Assembly: GCF_006345805.1 (NCBI RefSeq)
Contig: NC_043005.1
Coordinates: forward strand, 72,292,001-72,356,000
DNA length: 64,000 nt
Reading direction: 5' to 3'
Source of the DNA: Octopus sinensis
Taxonomy: Eukaryota
The position numbers were made by a program, and so were the translations under genes. The first letter of the stretch is position 1. Each line of letters starts with the position of its first letter. Below the pieces are notes generated by a model, which saw only the letters and a list, made by a program, of their open reading frames with translations, was not told where the DNA came from and did not search any database. Shown here in pieces: positions 27,106 through 41,508 of this stretch.

Positions 27106-28080
27106 ACATTGATTTCAAATTTTAGCACAAGACCAGCAATTTGGGGGGAAGGGAGTTAATCACTTACATTGATCCCAAGGATCAACTGGTACTTATTTTA
27201 TCAGCTCCAAAAAGATGAAAGGCTAAATCAACCTCAGCTGAATTCAAACTCAGGACACAAAGATAGAGGAAATGCCACTAAGCATTTTACCCAGCATGTA
27301 AATAATTCTGCCAGCTCACTGCCTTAACATAGATTATAATAAACTCGACTCCATTGGTCATGAATGACCACGCACCTAAGAGGTTCCCCTCTAGGGTACA
27401 AGTCTGGGCAGAAAGTTGCCTCACCGGCGAATGCACAACCTAGGGTTGTTTTATGGAAGCCTAGCAGTCGCTCTTGCATACCAGGCTTCCCTCTCAATAC
27501 CACGGATGTTATCCAAGGGAAAGGCAAAGGCCAATACAGCTTGGCACTAGTGACATGGTAACTCATTTCTAAGTGCTGATATAGCTGTGTCGTTAAGAAG
27601 CTTGGTTTGCAACCACCTGTTCTCAGATTCACTCCCATGTGGATGGATGGATGGACTGATTGATTGATTGATTGATAGATAGATAGAGTGATGTATGTGT
27701 ATATGTATGTTTATTTGAATTATGTATGAATGTGTGTTTTTGTGCTTGCAGCTTCCATTCTATGTAATTATCTTCATCTTCATCATCATCATATGTCCAT
27801 TTTCCAGCCTGGCATGGGTATGGGTTAGACAGTTTGACAAGAGCTGATAAACTGGAGAGGTGCACCAGGCTCCAGTAGTCTGTTTTGGCTTGGATTTTAC
27901 GGCCTGATGCCCTTCCTAACACCAACCACTTTACCGAGTGTAGTGTACTGGGTGTCTTATATGTGTCACTGGCACAGATGCCTTTTATGTGCCAACAGTA
28001 CTAGTAATTACTAATCCATTGTTAGTAGTATGCTTGAATTTGCTGGATCAGCTCACCTTGAGCAGAGTTGAGGAATAACA

Positions 28081-28766
28081 CCATCTTCACTATCTTCTAC
28101 TTTTCTCTAAGCTTACACAAAACTGCTCACTCTAGCTTGTAGTAAGTTTGTAATTAAACACAACACATCAATAAGAGATGTTATCTCAGGATGAATATTG
28201 CCGTAACTTGCCTGTCAATTATGTATATTCATTAAGTAAGGTACATAGCTGGTTATTGTAATGTTCTATCAATGTCCTTTTTTTCTTAGTTTTAAGAGAA
28301 TAGGATTATGATTTAAGATAGATTTGGCTGCAATTTCTAGCTGGCCAAGTAACATGATAGTGGCTTGTTTGTTATCTCATGAATGGTTGAGAGCATATGA
28401 TGAATAAAACCATTTTCACTACCTTCTTCTTTTCTCTAAGCTTATGCAAAACTGCTTACTCTAGTTTGTAGTAAGTTTGTGATTAAACACAACACATCCA
28501 TAAGAGATGTTATCTCTGGATGAATATCGCCGTAACTTGCCTGTCAATTATGTATATTCATTAAGTTAGGTACATAGCTGGTTATTGTAATGTTCTATCA
28601 ATGTCCTTTTTTTTTCTTAGTTTTAAGAGAATAGGATTATGATTTGAGATAGATTTGGCTGAAATTTCTAGCTGGCCTAGTAATATGGTAACATGATAGT
28701 GGCTTGTTTGTTATCTCATGAATGGTCATATCGAGTACAGCATAACCTTGAGGGCATATGATGAAT
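28081..28766. repeat. ~330-bp direct tandem duplication
   Basis: 28081-28406 is repeated at 28410-28766 with scattered substitutions and two small insertions. Confidence 0.95.
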
Positions 28767-29149
28767 ATTTTCTAATACAGATGTAACATCTTTGGGGTAA
28801 AGATAATTATAATAGACAGACTCATTACAATTATGATGTTAACACTAATGAACAAAAACCAGTGAAAATACACAAAAGAATATAAACAAAGCAAGGCAAA
28901 ACTGAACATAACACCATGTTGTGTAATAATGATGGAAGATGAAAATTAAGCAGCATAGTCATAATGTTTTGGTGGAATATATTTTAATGAAATAGAAACG
29001 TTAGGTATTTCATGATCAAATTCTATAGTTTTGACAGCCAATTTAAACACCTCTACCATTATCCCTGGCTTAGCAATCACTTTCTTTGTTGTGTTCTTTG
29101 CTTTCTTTTTACTGTTACCTTTAATCATATCTGTCTTACTGCTACAACT

Positions 29150-29200
<51 letters not shown>

Positions 29201-29278
29201 TTAATAATAACAATAATAATAATAATAGCAATAGTAATTATAATTATCATTACAATTATTATTATTATTTTCATTATT

Positions 29279-29320
<42 letters not shown>

Positions 29321-29321
29321 T

Positions 29322-29355
<34 letters not shown>

Positions 29356-29360
29356 CAGCA
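29150..29360. repeat. (AAT)n-(ATT)n-(AGT)n compound microsatellite
   Basis: Direct runs, with an orientation switch near 29240. Confidence 0.95.
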
Positions 29361-30154
29361 GCACTGTTCTGATACTTCTCATTATTACTTGATTATTATT
29401 GTTTATATATTGATTTTTTTTTTTTTTGGTTTTCCATTGCATTTACCGCAACAAATGCTGTTAAAGTGATAAATCGTATTCGCACAACACTTCAATCATT
29501 CTGGAATAAAAATTAGAGAATATTGTGTGGAAGGGGGGGGGACAACAACAACAACAAAAATAAACAAGAAAAACTACAAAAAAAAAAACTCATAAAATAT
29601 TTTTTAGTTTGAAATATTGGTGGTATTTCAAGAAAAATATTCAGTTTTCTTCTTTCTTTGTTTTCCATGGTAATCTAACATAATTATTTCTTTTTACATT
29701 ATACATAATTGATTACATTTCTATCCTGATGTCTTTCTGGTAAATTACACCAAACATGTATTCACTAAGCTACAGAAAAGGCAATACTTTAATCTGTTTG
29801 TTTCTTTTGTTTTCCAAAGTATTTATTTCGTGAGCTTGATGAGAAAACTAGTGAAAGATAAAATATCAAGCAAGCACTTAATTTTATATATTCCTTCTGT
29901 GTGAGATATTCAAATAGCAATAACTAAAAGCCAATGAAGGAATCTTCTACGACATTGTTGCATGACTTGCTCAATGTATAACAGATAAATATTCCGTGAT
30001 AAATTCATGTTTAAGCTATACGTTCTCGGCAATGTTCCAACAATAAAGACAGGATTATCATGGTTAATTATGCTGATTAAATGTTCTCTTGTTGTTTGAT
30101 CAGCAACATTTATACATCCTCAGCTGACCAGGGCTATTGGACAACAACAACAGT

Positions 30155-30720
30155 GTGGAGGTGCAATGGCCCAGTGGTTAGAGCAGCAGACTCACGGTCG
30201 GAGGATCGTGGTTTCAATTCAATTCAATTTTTATTGGCTCAAAAAGCAAAAGCAAGGCCATGTAAGGGGACAAGGAGTTATGTACAGGGAGGGTGGTCAT
30301 ACACAGAGTTCAGGTCATTTCTGGTCGAGAGAGACTTTGAACCAAGCGGTCGTCGGCATCTTCATTATCTCATCCGGCAGCTTCACTATCTCGTCTGGCA
30401 GTTTCGATTCCCAGACCGGGCGTTGTGAGTGTTTATTGAGTGAAAACGCCTAAAGCTCCACGAGGCTCCAGCAGGGGGTGGTGGCGACCCCTGTTGTACT
30501 CTTTCACTCCAACTTTCTCTCACTCATTCTTCCTGTTTCTTGTCCCCGACTTCCTACGCAACTGCTGAGCCTGGATGTGCATTCATCCATCCATCAATGC
30601 TCTCGGTGTCGGGGGTTGACCTGCTTTCTCTTCTGTGGGTCTTATGAATAGCAAAGGACCACGTTTCAGACTTCACCCACTATGGGACGAAGACCACTTC
30701 GATCAACAAACAAACAACAA
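30155..30720 (+). mobile_element. tRNA-derived SINE family D interrupted by a LINE fragment
   Basis: Head GTGGAGGTGCAATGGCCCAGTGGTTAGAGC and (CAAA) tail. A second family D head follows at 30727. Confidence 0.8.
30221..30400 (-). mobile_element. 5'-truncated CR1-like LINE 3' end
   Basis: Minus strand reads LPDEIMKMPTTAWFKVSLDQK, with a (GAATT)-type tail. TSD GTTTC(A/G)ATTC at 30211-30220 and 30401-30410. Confidence 0.7.
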
Positions 30721-32510
30721 CAGCAGTGTGGAGGCGCAGTGGCCCAGTGGTTAGGGCAGCGAACTCACAGTCATAAGAACGTGGTTTCATTTCCCTGACT
30801 AGGCATTATGAGTGTTCATTGAGCAAAAAACATCTAAGCTCCACAAGGCTCTGGCAGGGTGGTGGTGAACCCTGCTGTACTCTTTCACCACAACTTTCTC
30901 TCACTCTTTCTTCCTACTTCTGCCACAAAGCAGAGGAACCATGGTGTAACCCACTATGGTGTAGTAAACTTTCAGACCATAGTCTAGATTGTGAATCCTC
31001 TGTACCCTGAGGATAGTTCAGCTCTCCACCCATTAAAAGCCACCGTTTACGGAATGAGGATAACAACGTAGCTTTCGTGCCCATGCAACCGCCAGTCTAT
31101 CGCATGTGGTGGGTGGATCTTCAAGTCACCACACGCATTCTTAGTAGCTTAGAGTAGGCTCAAATTAGAGATTATTCGTTGTGGCTAATGGTGTGAGTCT
31201 TGACTGGAAGAAGAAGACAACAGCAGTAACAACTACTCATAGCAAAGCTCAACATGCAATAAGTAACATCCAAATTCACTTGAATTTTACCTTGCCATTT
31301 TAAAATTGAGACAAAGTGGATAATATAGTCTCTGAAAATGGGGGTTACTGGATTTCAAAATAAGGATGGATGGTCATTGATGGACTGCCAGTTACATTGA
31401 GATCAAATTGGTGCTAAACAACGACAACAGTATTGAAGCCATAGTTTTTTTTCCTCTTCTTGACTTATTTGGAGACTGCAGATCTTAGAATATTTTCTCA
31501 GACTGGAATGTGTATGTATGATGGGTCATGCGTGTCTATATTTGTGTACATAATTATATGAGTGTGTATGTGTGTGCATGGGCATGTGTGTGCATGAGTG
31601 TGTGTGTGTGTGTCTGTGTGTTTGTGTTTGTCTGTGTGTATGAGAATGTGCATTTGTCTTTGTGTGTGTGGGCATGTGTGCATAAGTTTACTGTAGTGCA
31701 GGCTTGGTTATATCATCAAATAGTTCAATGTGTAACCATGTGGTTTGGGGATTGATCATGCTGAATGGCATATTCAACTGTTATTTTCTACTGTAGACAT
31801 GGTGAGGTGAATACTTACTGAATAGAATGGGCTAAACAAAAAAAATGTGAAAAGGTATTAATGCAATATGGCCATTTCAGGCAGCACCATTTAATCAAAC
31901 AATGCAAGCATTACATCACTTTAAATTACAATGCCTTCTTCAGTTGCAAAAATATGGATTTTCAACAAACAAGATATCTTAAAATAATTTTTTGCAATTG
32001 TCTTAGAGCTACAAAAATGAAAGAATCCATGTTGCCACTATTGTAGCAGAAATATATATATGTATTTCATTATCATCATCATCATCACTAAAAGTCTATT
32101 TTCCATTCTGGTATGGGATAGATGGCTTGAAAGAATGTAACAAGCCAAAGAATACTTTTGAAGTCCAATGTCTCCTTTGGAATTGTTTCTGCTGTTTGAT
32201 GCCTTTCCTAACACTGACCATGTTATAGAGTTTACTAGATTATTTGCTCATGGTACCAGCACTCGTATAGTTGCCAAATAAATCACAAGACAAAATCTCA
32301 GCTGAATGCATGTTTAGGGTTAAAGGAAGTGGTTTTTAGTTGGTGTTGAGACATTAGATTATGATAGAAGGACAGTAATACAAGCCTTGTTGTTGAGGAG
32401 ACACATGCGTATGTTAGCTGGTAAGAAAGAAAAATGCTAAGAGACATTCATATATGTATAGATAAGAATTAGTATATAAATGTATGTTAGTCTATATAAG
32501 AATTACTATA

Positions 32511-32553
<43 letters not shown>

Positions 32554-33624
32554 TCTTATCTATCTATTTTTATGTTTGTGTTTGTGTGTATGTGTGTGTG
32601 TGTTTATGTATAGAGAGGCGGAGAGATGGTTAGATAGAGTGTGTGTGTATATACAAATACACACACACACACACACACATGCACATATATATATATATCA
32701 ATTCAGTTCAGGTATTAATTGTAGCTTAATGCCATAAAACAAGTTGGTCACTCCATTCTCTTTGTTGATACTTATACATGCATACATATGTGTATAAGCA
32801 TATATATATATACATACACATATATATGTGTATATATATATATGCATACGTATATACAGAGATGTATACATACATGTAAGCATGTGTTTGTGTGTATTGA
32901 TTGATAGAGCACTTTTAATTATGTTTGTTTTATATTGCTTTTTCCTTATTTGTACCATATGTATGTTTCACTCTATGCATGTGTATATATATATGTGCGT
33001 GTGTGTGTGTCTATATACATGTATATATAGTTATATATATATAGGTATATATATATTTACAAGTATATATGTATATTTATATATATACATATATATATAT
33101 ATTGACATATATATATGTGTATATGTACATTATATGTGTGCATATATATATATATATATATGCATGTGTGTGTGTGTGTATACATCTCTTTTGTAGATTT
33201 GTCTTGTTGCTTTCCATAAGGTCTGGCCATATATTTTTAAAGTCCTATGTAATCTGAGAATATATGCAGCTAAAGAAATTGCTTAAATAATATATTTCTT
33301 TGCTAGGACTCGTTTCTGTTACATAAATGGTAAGAGATTACATTATAGCTTCTAAATGGTTAACGTACTTCAGGAGTATTAAATTACATTTGATATATGT
33401 ATATACATATATTATTACTGAGAACATTGAACAGATGTTTCACCTGCCTCTAAGTCATGCACATACTAATACAAACAAACTGATACATTGTCGTTCAACC
33501 TGCTAAATCTAACTGCAAAATCACCCTCAAATGACATGTTACACTCTTTATTTCTTTCCTTGTGTCTCTCGTGCTCTCTATCTATGTGTGTGTGTGTGTA
33601 GGGAGTGTAAAGGCACTCTCTTTT

Positions 33625-33833
33625 CTTTTACTCTCTTTTACTTGTTTCAGTCATTTGACTGTGGCCATGCTGGAGCACCGCTTTTAGTCGAGCGAATCGA
33701 CCCCAGGACTTATTCTTTGTAAGCCTAGTACTTACTCCATCGGTCTCTTTTGACGAACTGCTAAGTCACGGGGATGTAAACACACCAGCATTGGTTGTCA
33801 AGCGATGTTGGGGGGACAAACACAGACGCAAAA

Positions 33834-33878
<45 letters not shown>

Positions 33879-34041
33879 CATACGACGGGTTTCTTTCAGT
33901 TTCCATCTACCAAATTCACTCACAAGGCTTTGGTCGGCCTGGGGCTATAGTAGAAGACACTTGCCCAAGGTGCCATGCAGTGGGACTGAACTCGGAACCA
34001 TGTGGCTGGTAAGCAAGTTACTTACCTCACAGCCACTCCTG
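33625..34041 (-). mobile_element. SINE family A
   Basis: Reverse complement of 870-1265. Confidence 0.85.
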
Positions 34042-34583
34042 CGCAGCACGTGGATTATTGGTTAGGATGTTTGGCTCACAGTCGTAAGGTCATGTGTTCG
34101 ATTCCTGATAGTGCATTGCGTCCTTGAGCAAGACACTTTATTTCATGCTATTCGAGTCAACTCTAGCTGGTGAAGATGAGTAGTACCAGTATTTCAAAGG
34201 GTGAGCTTTATTGCTTTATGTATCATGTTGAATCTCCCTCAGAACTACATGTCAGTGCTCAAAAATATTTTGTTTGTTAGAATGTGCTTTTTCTAGCCTT
34301 ACGGAAAACTGACTGATATGTTTTCCATGCTGGCATAGATGGGATAGTTTGATAGAAGCTGGCAAGCTTGAGAGCTGCACTTGACTCCAATTGTCTGTTT
34401 TGAAAGGTTTCTACAACTGAATGCCCTGTCTAACCCCAACACTTCACAGAGTTTAGTGGGTACTTTTTAAATTGCACCAGCACATGTGTGTGTGTGTGTG
34501 TATGTATATATATATATATCTTGCAGTAGAGTCCATTGAAATGGACAGCCATATTGAAGTGGCTACGAATATATATATATACA

Positions 34584-34658
<75 letters not shown>

Positions 34659-36154
34659 GTGTGTGTGCATGTGTGTATGTATTCATACATATGCATATAT
34701 AATTAATTTGCGAAGGTGTCATTAATTCTATTATTATCCAATGTAACTATTGTAAAAATGATAATAACAGAATCAATGACACAGGCGGTAAGAGGCCAAA
34801 AATAGCATTAAATAGCCGAGGGATTAAAATTAATCATACTTACTATGTCTTTTGATTAATTTTATATGCATATATATATATTTATATATATGCATATGCA
34901 TATACGACAGGCTTCTTTCAGACTCCATCTACTAAATCTACTTACATGACTTTGGCTGGCCCAGGGCTATAGCAGTATAATCACAAGGTGTCACACAGTG
35001 GGATAGAACCCAGAACCACATGATTGGGAAGCAAACTTCATACACCTAGCCTGAAGGTCCTTTTGTTTTCCAGTGCCCTGAGGTTTTAATGCTCAAGGCA
35101 ATCACCTTGGTTGCCTCATGTATAAGTGCTTGCATTGGGTATTCTTCTTTCGGTGAATTTCAATGGTATTATTGTATTAGTGAAATTTTTGTCTTCGAGA
35201 TGCTTTAGAAATTGCCATTGAGGAAACATGTTCTTGTTTACAGGGAGTAATGTTTTCGATAAGTAGATTCTCTACCATTTATAAAAGAAGCATCTAACAG
35301 TTGGTACATTAGATCATTGTGCATTTACTATTCTGAAGATGTATGTCTTTTTTTGGGGGGGGGAAGGGGGTTCTCTGTTTACAAATCTCTCCTTGTGAAA
35401 AAAGAAACCTTTGTATTCATATGATGAATGAAAGGAGACAATCTGGTTGTGTAAAAGAATAAAAATAAAAACAAACATAGAAAATAAATTACTCTTAAAC
35501 TCCAATGGATTTTTAAAGGTCATGTTTAACTTTGAGAGATTTTTTTGGTGTAATCAAATGTTTGTTTATTTTTATCCATCCTTTCATGCCTGCTAAGTTG
35601 CAATGAAGTTTTCAAATTTGTAATTTTGCATACACCTACAACAAGAGTTCTTATAATTTGTTTCTTTTCATACTGGTAACCACTCAACTCTCAGGTAGAT
35701 GTGTTGCCTTTATGTCAGCCACAATGACTGGAGCAACCAGAATTGTCTTTTTTGCTACACACAATAGAATACCAGCATTTAAGTTTTGAAGTATGGTGGT
35801 TTTATCAATATTATAACAACTTAAATCCTAACATTTAAAATTAAACCAAGGCAGGTATTTCTGTGTCAGATGACTAACTACAAAGTCATCATCATCATCA
35901 TAATTTAATGTCAACTTTTCCATGCTTGCATGGGTCAGATGGAATCTGATGAGGTAAATCTTTTATGACTGTATACATATCATATATACATGGAAGCTCT
36001 TCCTGTCACCAAGCCTTGCCTGTTTCCCTGGCAAGATAATTTGTTTTCATAGCCAGACTCTTTTCACAAAATATCTGAAAAAATTGATACTGCTTACAAG
36101 ATGGTGATGCTCATTTGCAACCATCACATGATGTCAAGACAAGGCAACATACAT

Positions 36155-36520
<366 letters not shown>

Positions 36521-37487
36521 CTATATTATTAACTATCAGTAGCAGTTACTCTGTAACCACTGCTGATAATTTAAAAAAAACGTGTATATATACTCATGCT
36601 TTGAACTCTATTTTCTTGTTTGCTTTATCTAAGCTATATATGTATATATGTGTGTGTGGAGAGAGAGAGAGAGAGAGAGAGTGAGTGAGTGAGAGAGAAC
36701 AATCTTCTGTAAATTTCGAGCTACCTAATTCACTCACAAGGCTTTAGTTAGCCAGGGACTGCAGGAGAAGACACTTGCCCTAAATGCAACAGAGATGAAC
36801 CTGAGACCACATTGTTAAGAAGCAAATTTCTCAACCATACAGCCATGCCTAAGTCTATAAAATCAAAAGAAAACTAGAGAAAAAAAAATGATGGTTTATA
36901 ATTGAAGGACAGAGCAAAGTTAAACAATTTATATACATTAAGCCTAATTTTAGTGTAGATGACTTAATAAAAACAGTGAAGGTGAAAATCAGTCTCTTGA
37001 TCCGTTGGATTCTGTCCAAAGACTGACTGTACCATTAAATCTTATTTTGTAGTGTTGATTTTTATCATTAAAATGAATTATTGTAAATCTATATATGTAT
37101 AACACAAGTATTAAATCATTTTAAGCTCTGAGCTAGCCAAAGAAGTAACAGCCAATCATTTGGTGCCTTTCAAATTCTCTCAATCACTCTTCCCCCACAC
37201 ACACACAATCACATATCATCATCATCATCATCATCATCATCGTTTTAACATCTAACTTTCCATGGTTGCATGGGTCAGAGAGAACACATTAAGGCGGGTT
37301 TTTCTATGATCAGTGGCAATTTCTTTCATCAACCCTCACTTATTTCCTGAAAACATAACATTTTGCTTTGGTCAAACATAGTTTTGTAGAAGACTGGAAA
37401 TGAATGATATCGCTTTTGTGGTGATAGTCCCATACTTACCATCATGAGATAAGAAGAGAATGGGATGTGCACACTGCCATATATATA

Positions 37488-37559
<72 letters not shown>

Positions 37560-40319
37560 TATATATACATATATATGTGTGTGTGTATAGATATACATTT
37601 TGTTAACCTATCAGAAACAGCTGTTAGATAAGTTGCATCACCTATTTTGTTATGTCATGCTTTGTATTAAAAAATAAGCTATAAATGTGGTCCAGTCGAC
37701 GTGTTTGTTAATCTGAGGTTTTCTCCATTTTCTAATTATTTGCATTTATATATATCTCATGGAGGAATTATGTCATGCTTGGGGAGAAGACCTGTCAAAC
37801 TGAGCAAAATTACAGTCGTGACAGATACCAGTGTCATGCAAATTGGCATCTATGCCAGTGGCACATAAAAATACCCCAGCATCACACAAATGGCACCTGT
37901 GCTTGTGATACATAAAAGCAACCATTACACTCTCAGAGTGGTAGGAAAAATGAAAGGCAAAGTCGACCGTAGCGGAATTTGAACTCAGAACGTAATGACA
38001 GCTCAAATAGTTGGAAAGCAAGCTTCTTAACCACACAGCCACAATACTGTATAATATCAATATAATTACAAACTCACAAACACATAATATCTATCTTGAA
38101 AGTAATTGATTAAAAATAAACCATTATCCTTTAATATGGTAGTTGATATAAGATTATAAATTTTGTAAGTGGCTTTATATTATTGATTTTTAAATGTATA
38201 TATATATACATAAACACACACATATACATCAACGCACATAATATGTATGTATGTATGTATGTATGTATACGGGTGGAAAAATCAAAACTAAAATTTGCAT
38301 TTATTGGCTAATATATAAAAATATAATTTTAAGATTTTCTGAAATGGACAGTAATGAATTTCAAAGAGTTATTTTAATTAATTCAAATGGTTACTTCATT
38401 AGATAAACCCTACTTCATAATTAACTGATTTTTTTTTATGACCATTAATTATATACTGTGTGGCTTAAATTTTATTGAGTAATTTTCTGGTTTATAGGTA
38501 GATGTTTAGTGAATAATATTCTGATAATTTATATTGTATTTCTCTTTAAATAAGTATAATTATTGCTGTTGTTTTGCCCCTCCTCAATGCAGACTAATCA
38601 GATTTATGAGCAAAGGTATTCCAGCTATGACCATCCTAAGTTTATGATGGTTCCTAAAACAACAGTATGTAATGTATCCCTCTTCCATTTCAAAATAGTA
38701 GGATGTCCTTTTTAAGGAGATTTAGCTGCTATTTTTACCAGGTTAAGTGACTATGTAAAGGCCTCCTCAATGACCTTAGAAAAAACTTAATAAGTGAGTT
38801 TATCATAAGGATAAGTATAATTTTGTGACATTCATACTTCAAATTATCTCTCCTATCAGTCACAAACAATCACTGCTAGTTTTTTTTAAAAACCATTTAT
38901 TTATTTATTTTTGATTTCGCCTCCTCCTATAAAACTTTAGTCCATCAAATTGACCCTAGTATGTGTACTAATTTTTTCACATCTGTTACTTATTCTATTA
39001 GTTGCCAAACAGTAACAGGGGACAGACAAAGACACACACATGCACGTGGCCAATGAAGAAAGTCTTCATCTACCAAGTTCACTCACAAGTCTACAATTGA
39101 AGACATTTTGCCTGAGGTACCACACACTGGGACTGAACCCAGAACCACGTGGTTAGAAAACAAGCTTCTTGCCACACACACACACACACATGCATACACA
39201 CACACACACGCATACACACACACACATAATATATATGTATGATGGACATCCACATAGTCTCTGTCTGCCAAATTCATTCATTAAGTAATTTGCCAACCCT
39301 GGGTTATAATAAGAAAACTCTAGCCCAAGGTGTCATGCACTGGAACGGAATCTGGAATATATGTCTGCAAAGCTACTTTCTTAACCACTTACAGCCATGC
39401 CTGTGTCTGTTAATTATTTAATCATTTTTTATAATTAGTTCTTAATTTCTTTAAATATTCTCTCCTTTCCTTTGTGATTCACTTTTACATTCTTTCTCTG
39501 CCAATTTTCTAAACTGTTTTTTTTCTTTAATTTTTGCCCTTGAATTATTTCCATTAATTCAATTTATTTAATTATTTAAATTTTTTTTTGTTGTTGTTGC
39601 AAAATTATCTTCATCAATCACATTGTCATATCCACTGCGAGCATTAATTTGTGCGCCTATTTGGACCAACTTAATCCTACATTGTTGCCATGTACTCAGG
39701 AGAAAGCATTTCCTAGAAAGCAACCTAAAATAGTGTAACATCTTAACCAACAACCAATATTTCATTTACCTCTGTTTAACACAAAATAAAACTGGAGCCA
39801 AATGAATCCCTACAGAAAGTTCTTATTCTTTTCTAACAATTAAACTCCAATAATGATTAACTGATTGTAAAATCTGAGTAACTAATTCAATTATGCTTGG
39901 TCTGATAATGAATTAGCCAGATTGGTTAATTTGTTATCACTGCTTATTCTGAATGCCTGTTTAATATAGAAAAGCATCAGAGTTATGTTGAATCTCCTGC
40001 AGCTGTAATAAGTTGAATACTCCTGTGAAGTAAACTAGTTTTAGGCTATAATGTTTGAAATACCCTTATCTCTGACTAGGGGCATTCATAGAACAATCTT
40101 GATTAAGGATGCTCTGTTATTCAAGTGTATCAGATTTTAATGTTATTTTAATTTTATTTGCTGGGTATAGAAGAAGAATCAGTGCTCATTCTCCAAGCCT
40201 GGTGAGACTGATGTAATAAATATTTTGAGCTATTGTAAGCCAATACCTGCAGGAAAATGTTTCACCTCAGTAGAAACAATTATATTCATTAGGCAATCTG
40301 TGTGGAGACCGGGTTAAGG

Positions 40320-40710
40320 CTTCAGTATATTCTTTAGTTACCAATCACAATGTTACTAGGTGTATTTTGTCACACATCAGTCACCATGAGGCTCAGTGTA
40401 ATTCTGTCACTCATTAATCATTATGTGACTGTGTGTTTTATCATAAATCAATCACTCTCAAATATCATGTAGATTGTCATTCAGACATTTTGTGATTGGG
40501 TATATTTTGTCACTCACTAATCATTACAAGACTTTGTGCATCTTATCACTCATCATTCACTCAGAAATTTTGCTATTTTATCACTCATAAATCACAATTT
40601 GACTTAGCATTCACCCAATAATATTACTCAGTACTATTAGAATTGGGTGTATTCTGCAAGTCATCAATTATTATTTAAATTTGTCACTCATCATTCACTG
40701 AGACTGTAAA
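40320..40710. repeat. Degenerate ~35-37 bp minisatellite
   Basis: Recurring GTGTATTTTGTCACTCATCAATCAC-like unit. Confidence 0.7.
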
Positions 40711-41174
40711 AGTAAATGAATTAAACTTTTGAGCCATATTCTAGTCTACACTTGGTATAATGTAAAATAGCTTTGTTGACTTCCAGCATCACTACATATT
40801 CAAAGGATGCAGTTGTGAACCAGATGAATATTTCGTTTATATGTGTTGCAGGCATTTCTTTTTTACTTTGTAAACAAAACTCTGTAATGTTTTGCTGATG
40901 TTTACTTCCTTCTCATTAAAGTACCCACTAACTTCCTCTAGAAATTCAGTATTCACTATAGACTTAGCTATCTTTAGGACACTTAAGCTTGTTTATGTTT
41001 AAATCAGCTTACCTGAGTGCACCTATCTCTAGATCAGGTATCAGACAATATACGCTATTACAATCACAATTCACTGATGACACTGTAGCTTCATGTCATC
41101 AGGGAAATTTTTTTTGTTTAGCCTCATGTTAATGGAATAAATTGATCTGTTGAAAAAATCCTTATTATAAAAAA

Positions 41175-41508
41175 ATAATAATAATAATGAAATTATTGTA
41201 TACAGTGCTCAGGTGCACCACAACTTGTCAAAAGTGCATATAAAGCATATGCAGTAATGTACAAATGTCTGGAAAGTGAACAGTGTATGAGTTAGATACA
41301 TGCTTGTGTGTGAATGGAGGGGAGAAAATCAGGTGTAGTGTTGGCGAATCTCAGGAAGCATGGAAGTTTTGAAGGATGCAGTGCTCCGACAACTAACAAC
41401 TGATGCCGGCAGTTTGTTCTATGCTTCAGCAACTCTTGGCGTGAAAAAATGTTTCCGAAAGTCATGGGAGCTGTGCTGTTTTCTGACTTTGTAAACATGT
41501 GCACGGGT
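41175..41508 (-). mobile_element. CR1-clade LINE 3' end
   Basis: Minus strand reads TRAHVYKVRKQHSSHDFRKHFFTPRVAEA*NKLPASVVSCRSTASFK (CR1 TRGH..FFS.RV..WN.LP motif), with a (TTA)n tail. Confidence 0.85.

Noticed and set aside
39568-39765. ORF with ankyrin-like LVQIGAQINAR
   Set aside because: No TPLH motif or adjacent repeats; the similarity is too short.
41074-41102. CTGATGACA/TGTCATCAG hairpin followed by GGAAA
   Set aside because: CTGATGA is itself sequestered in the stem, so this is not hammerhead topology.
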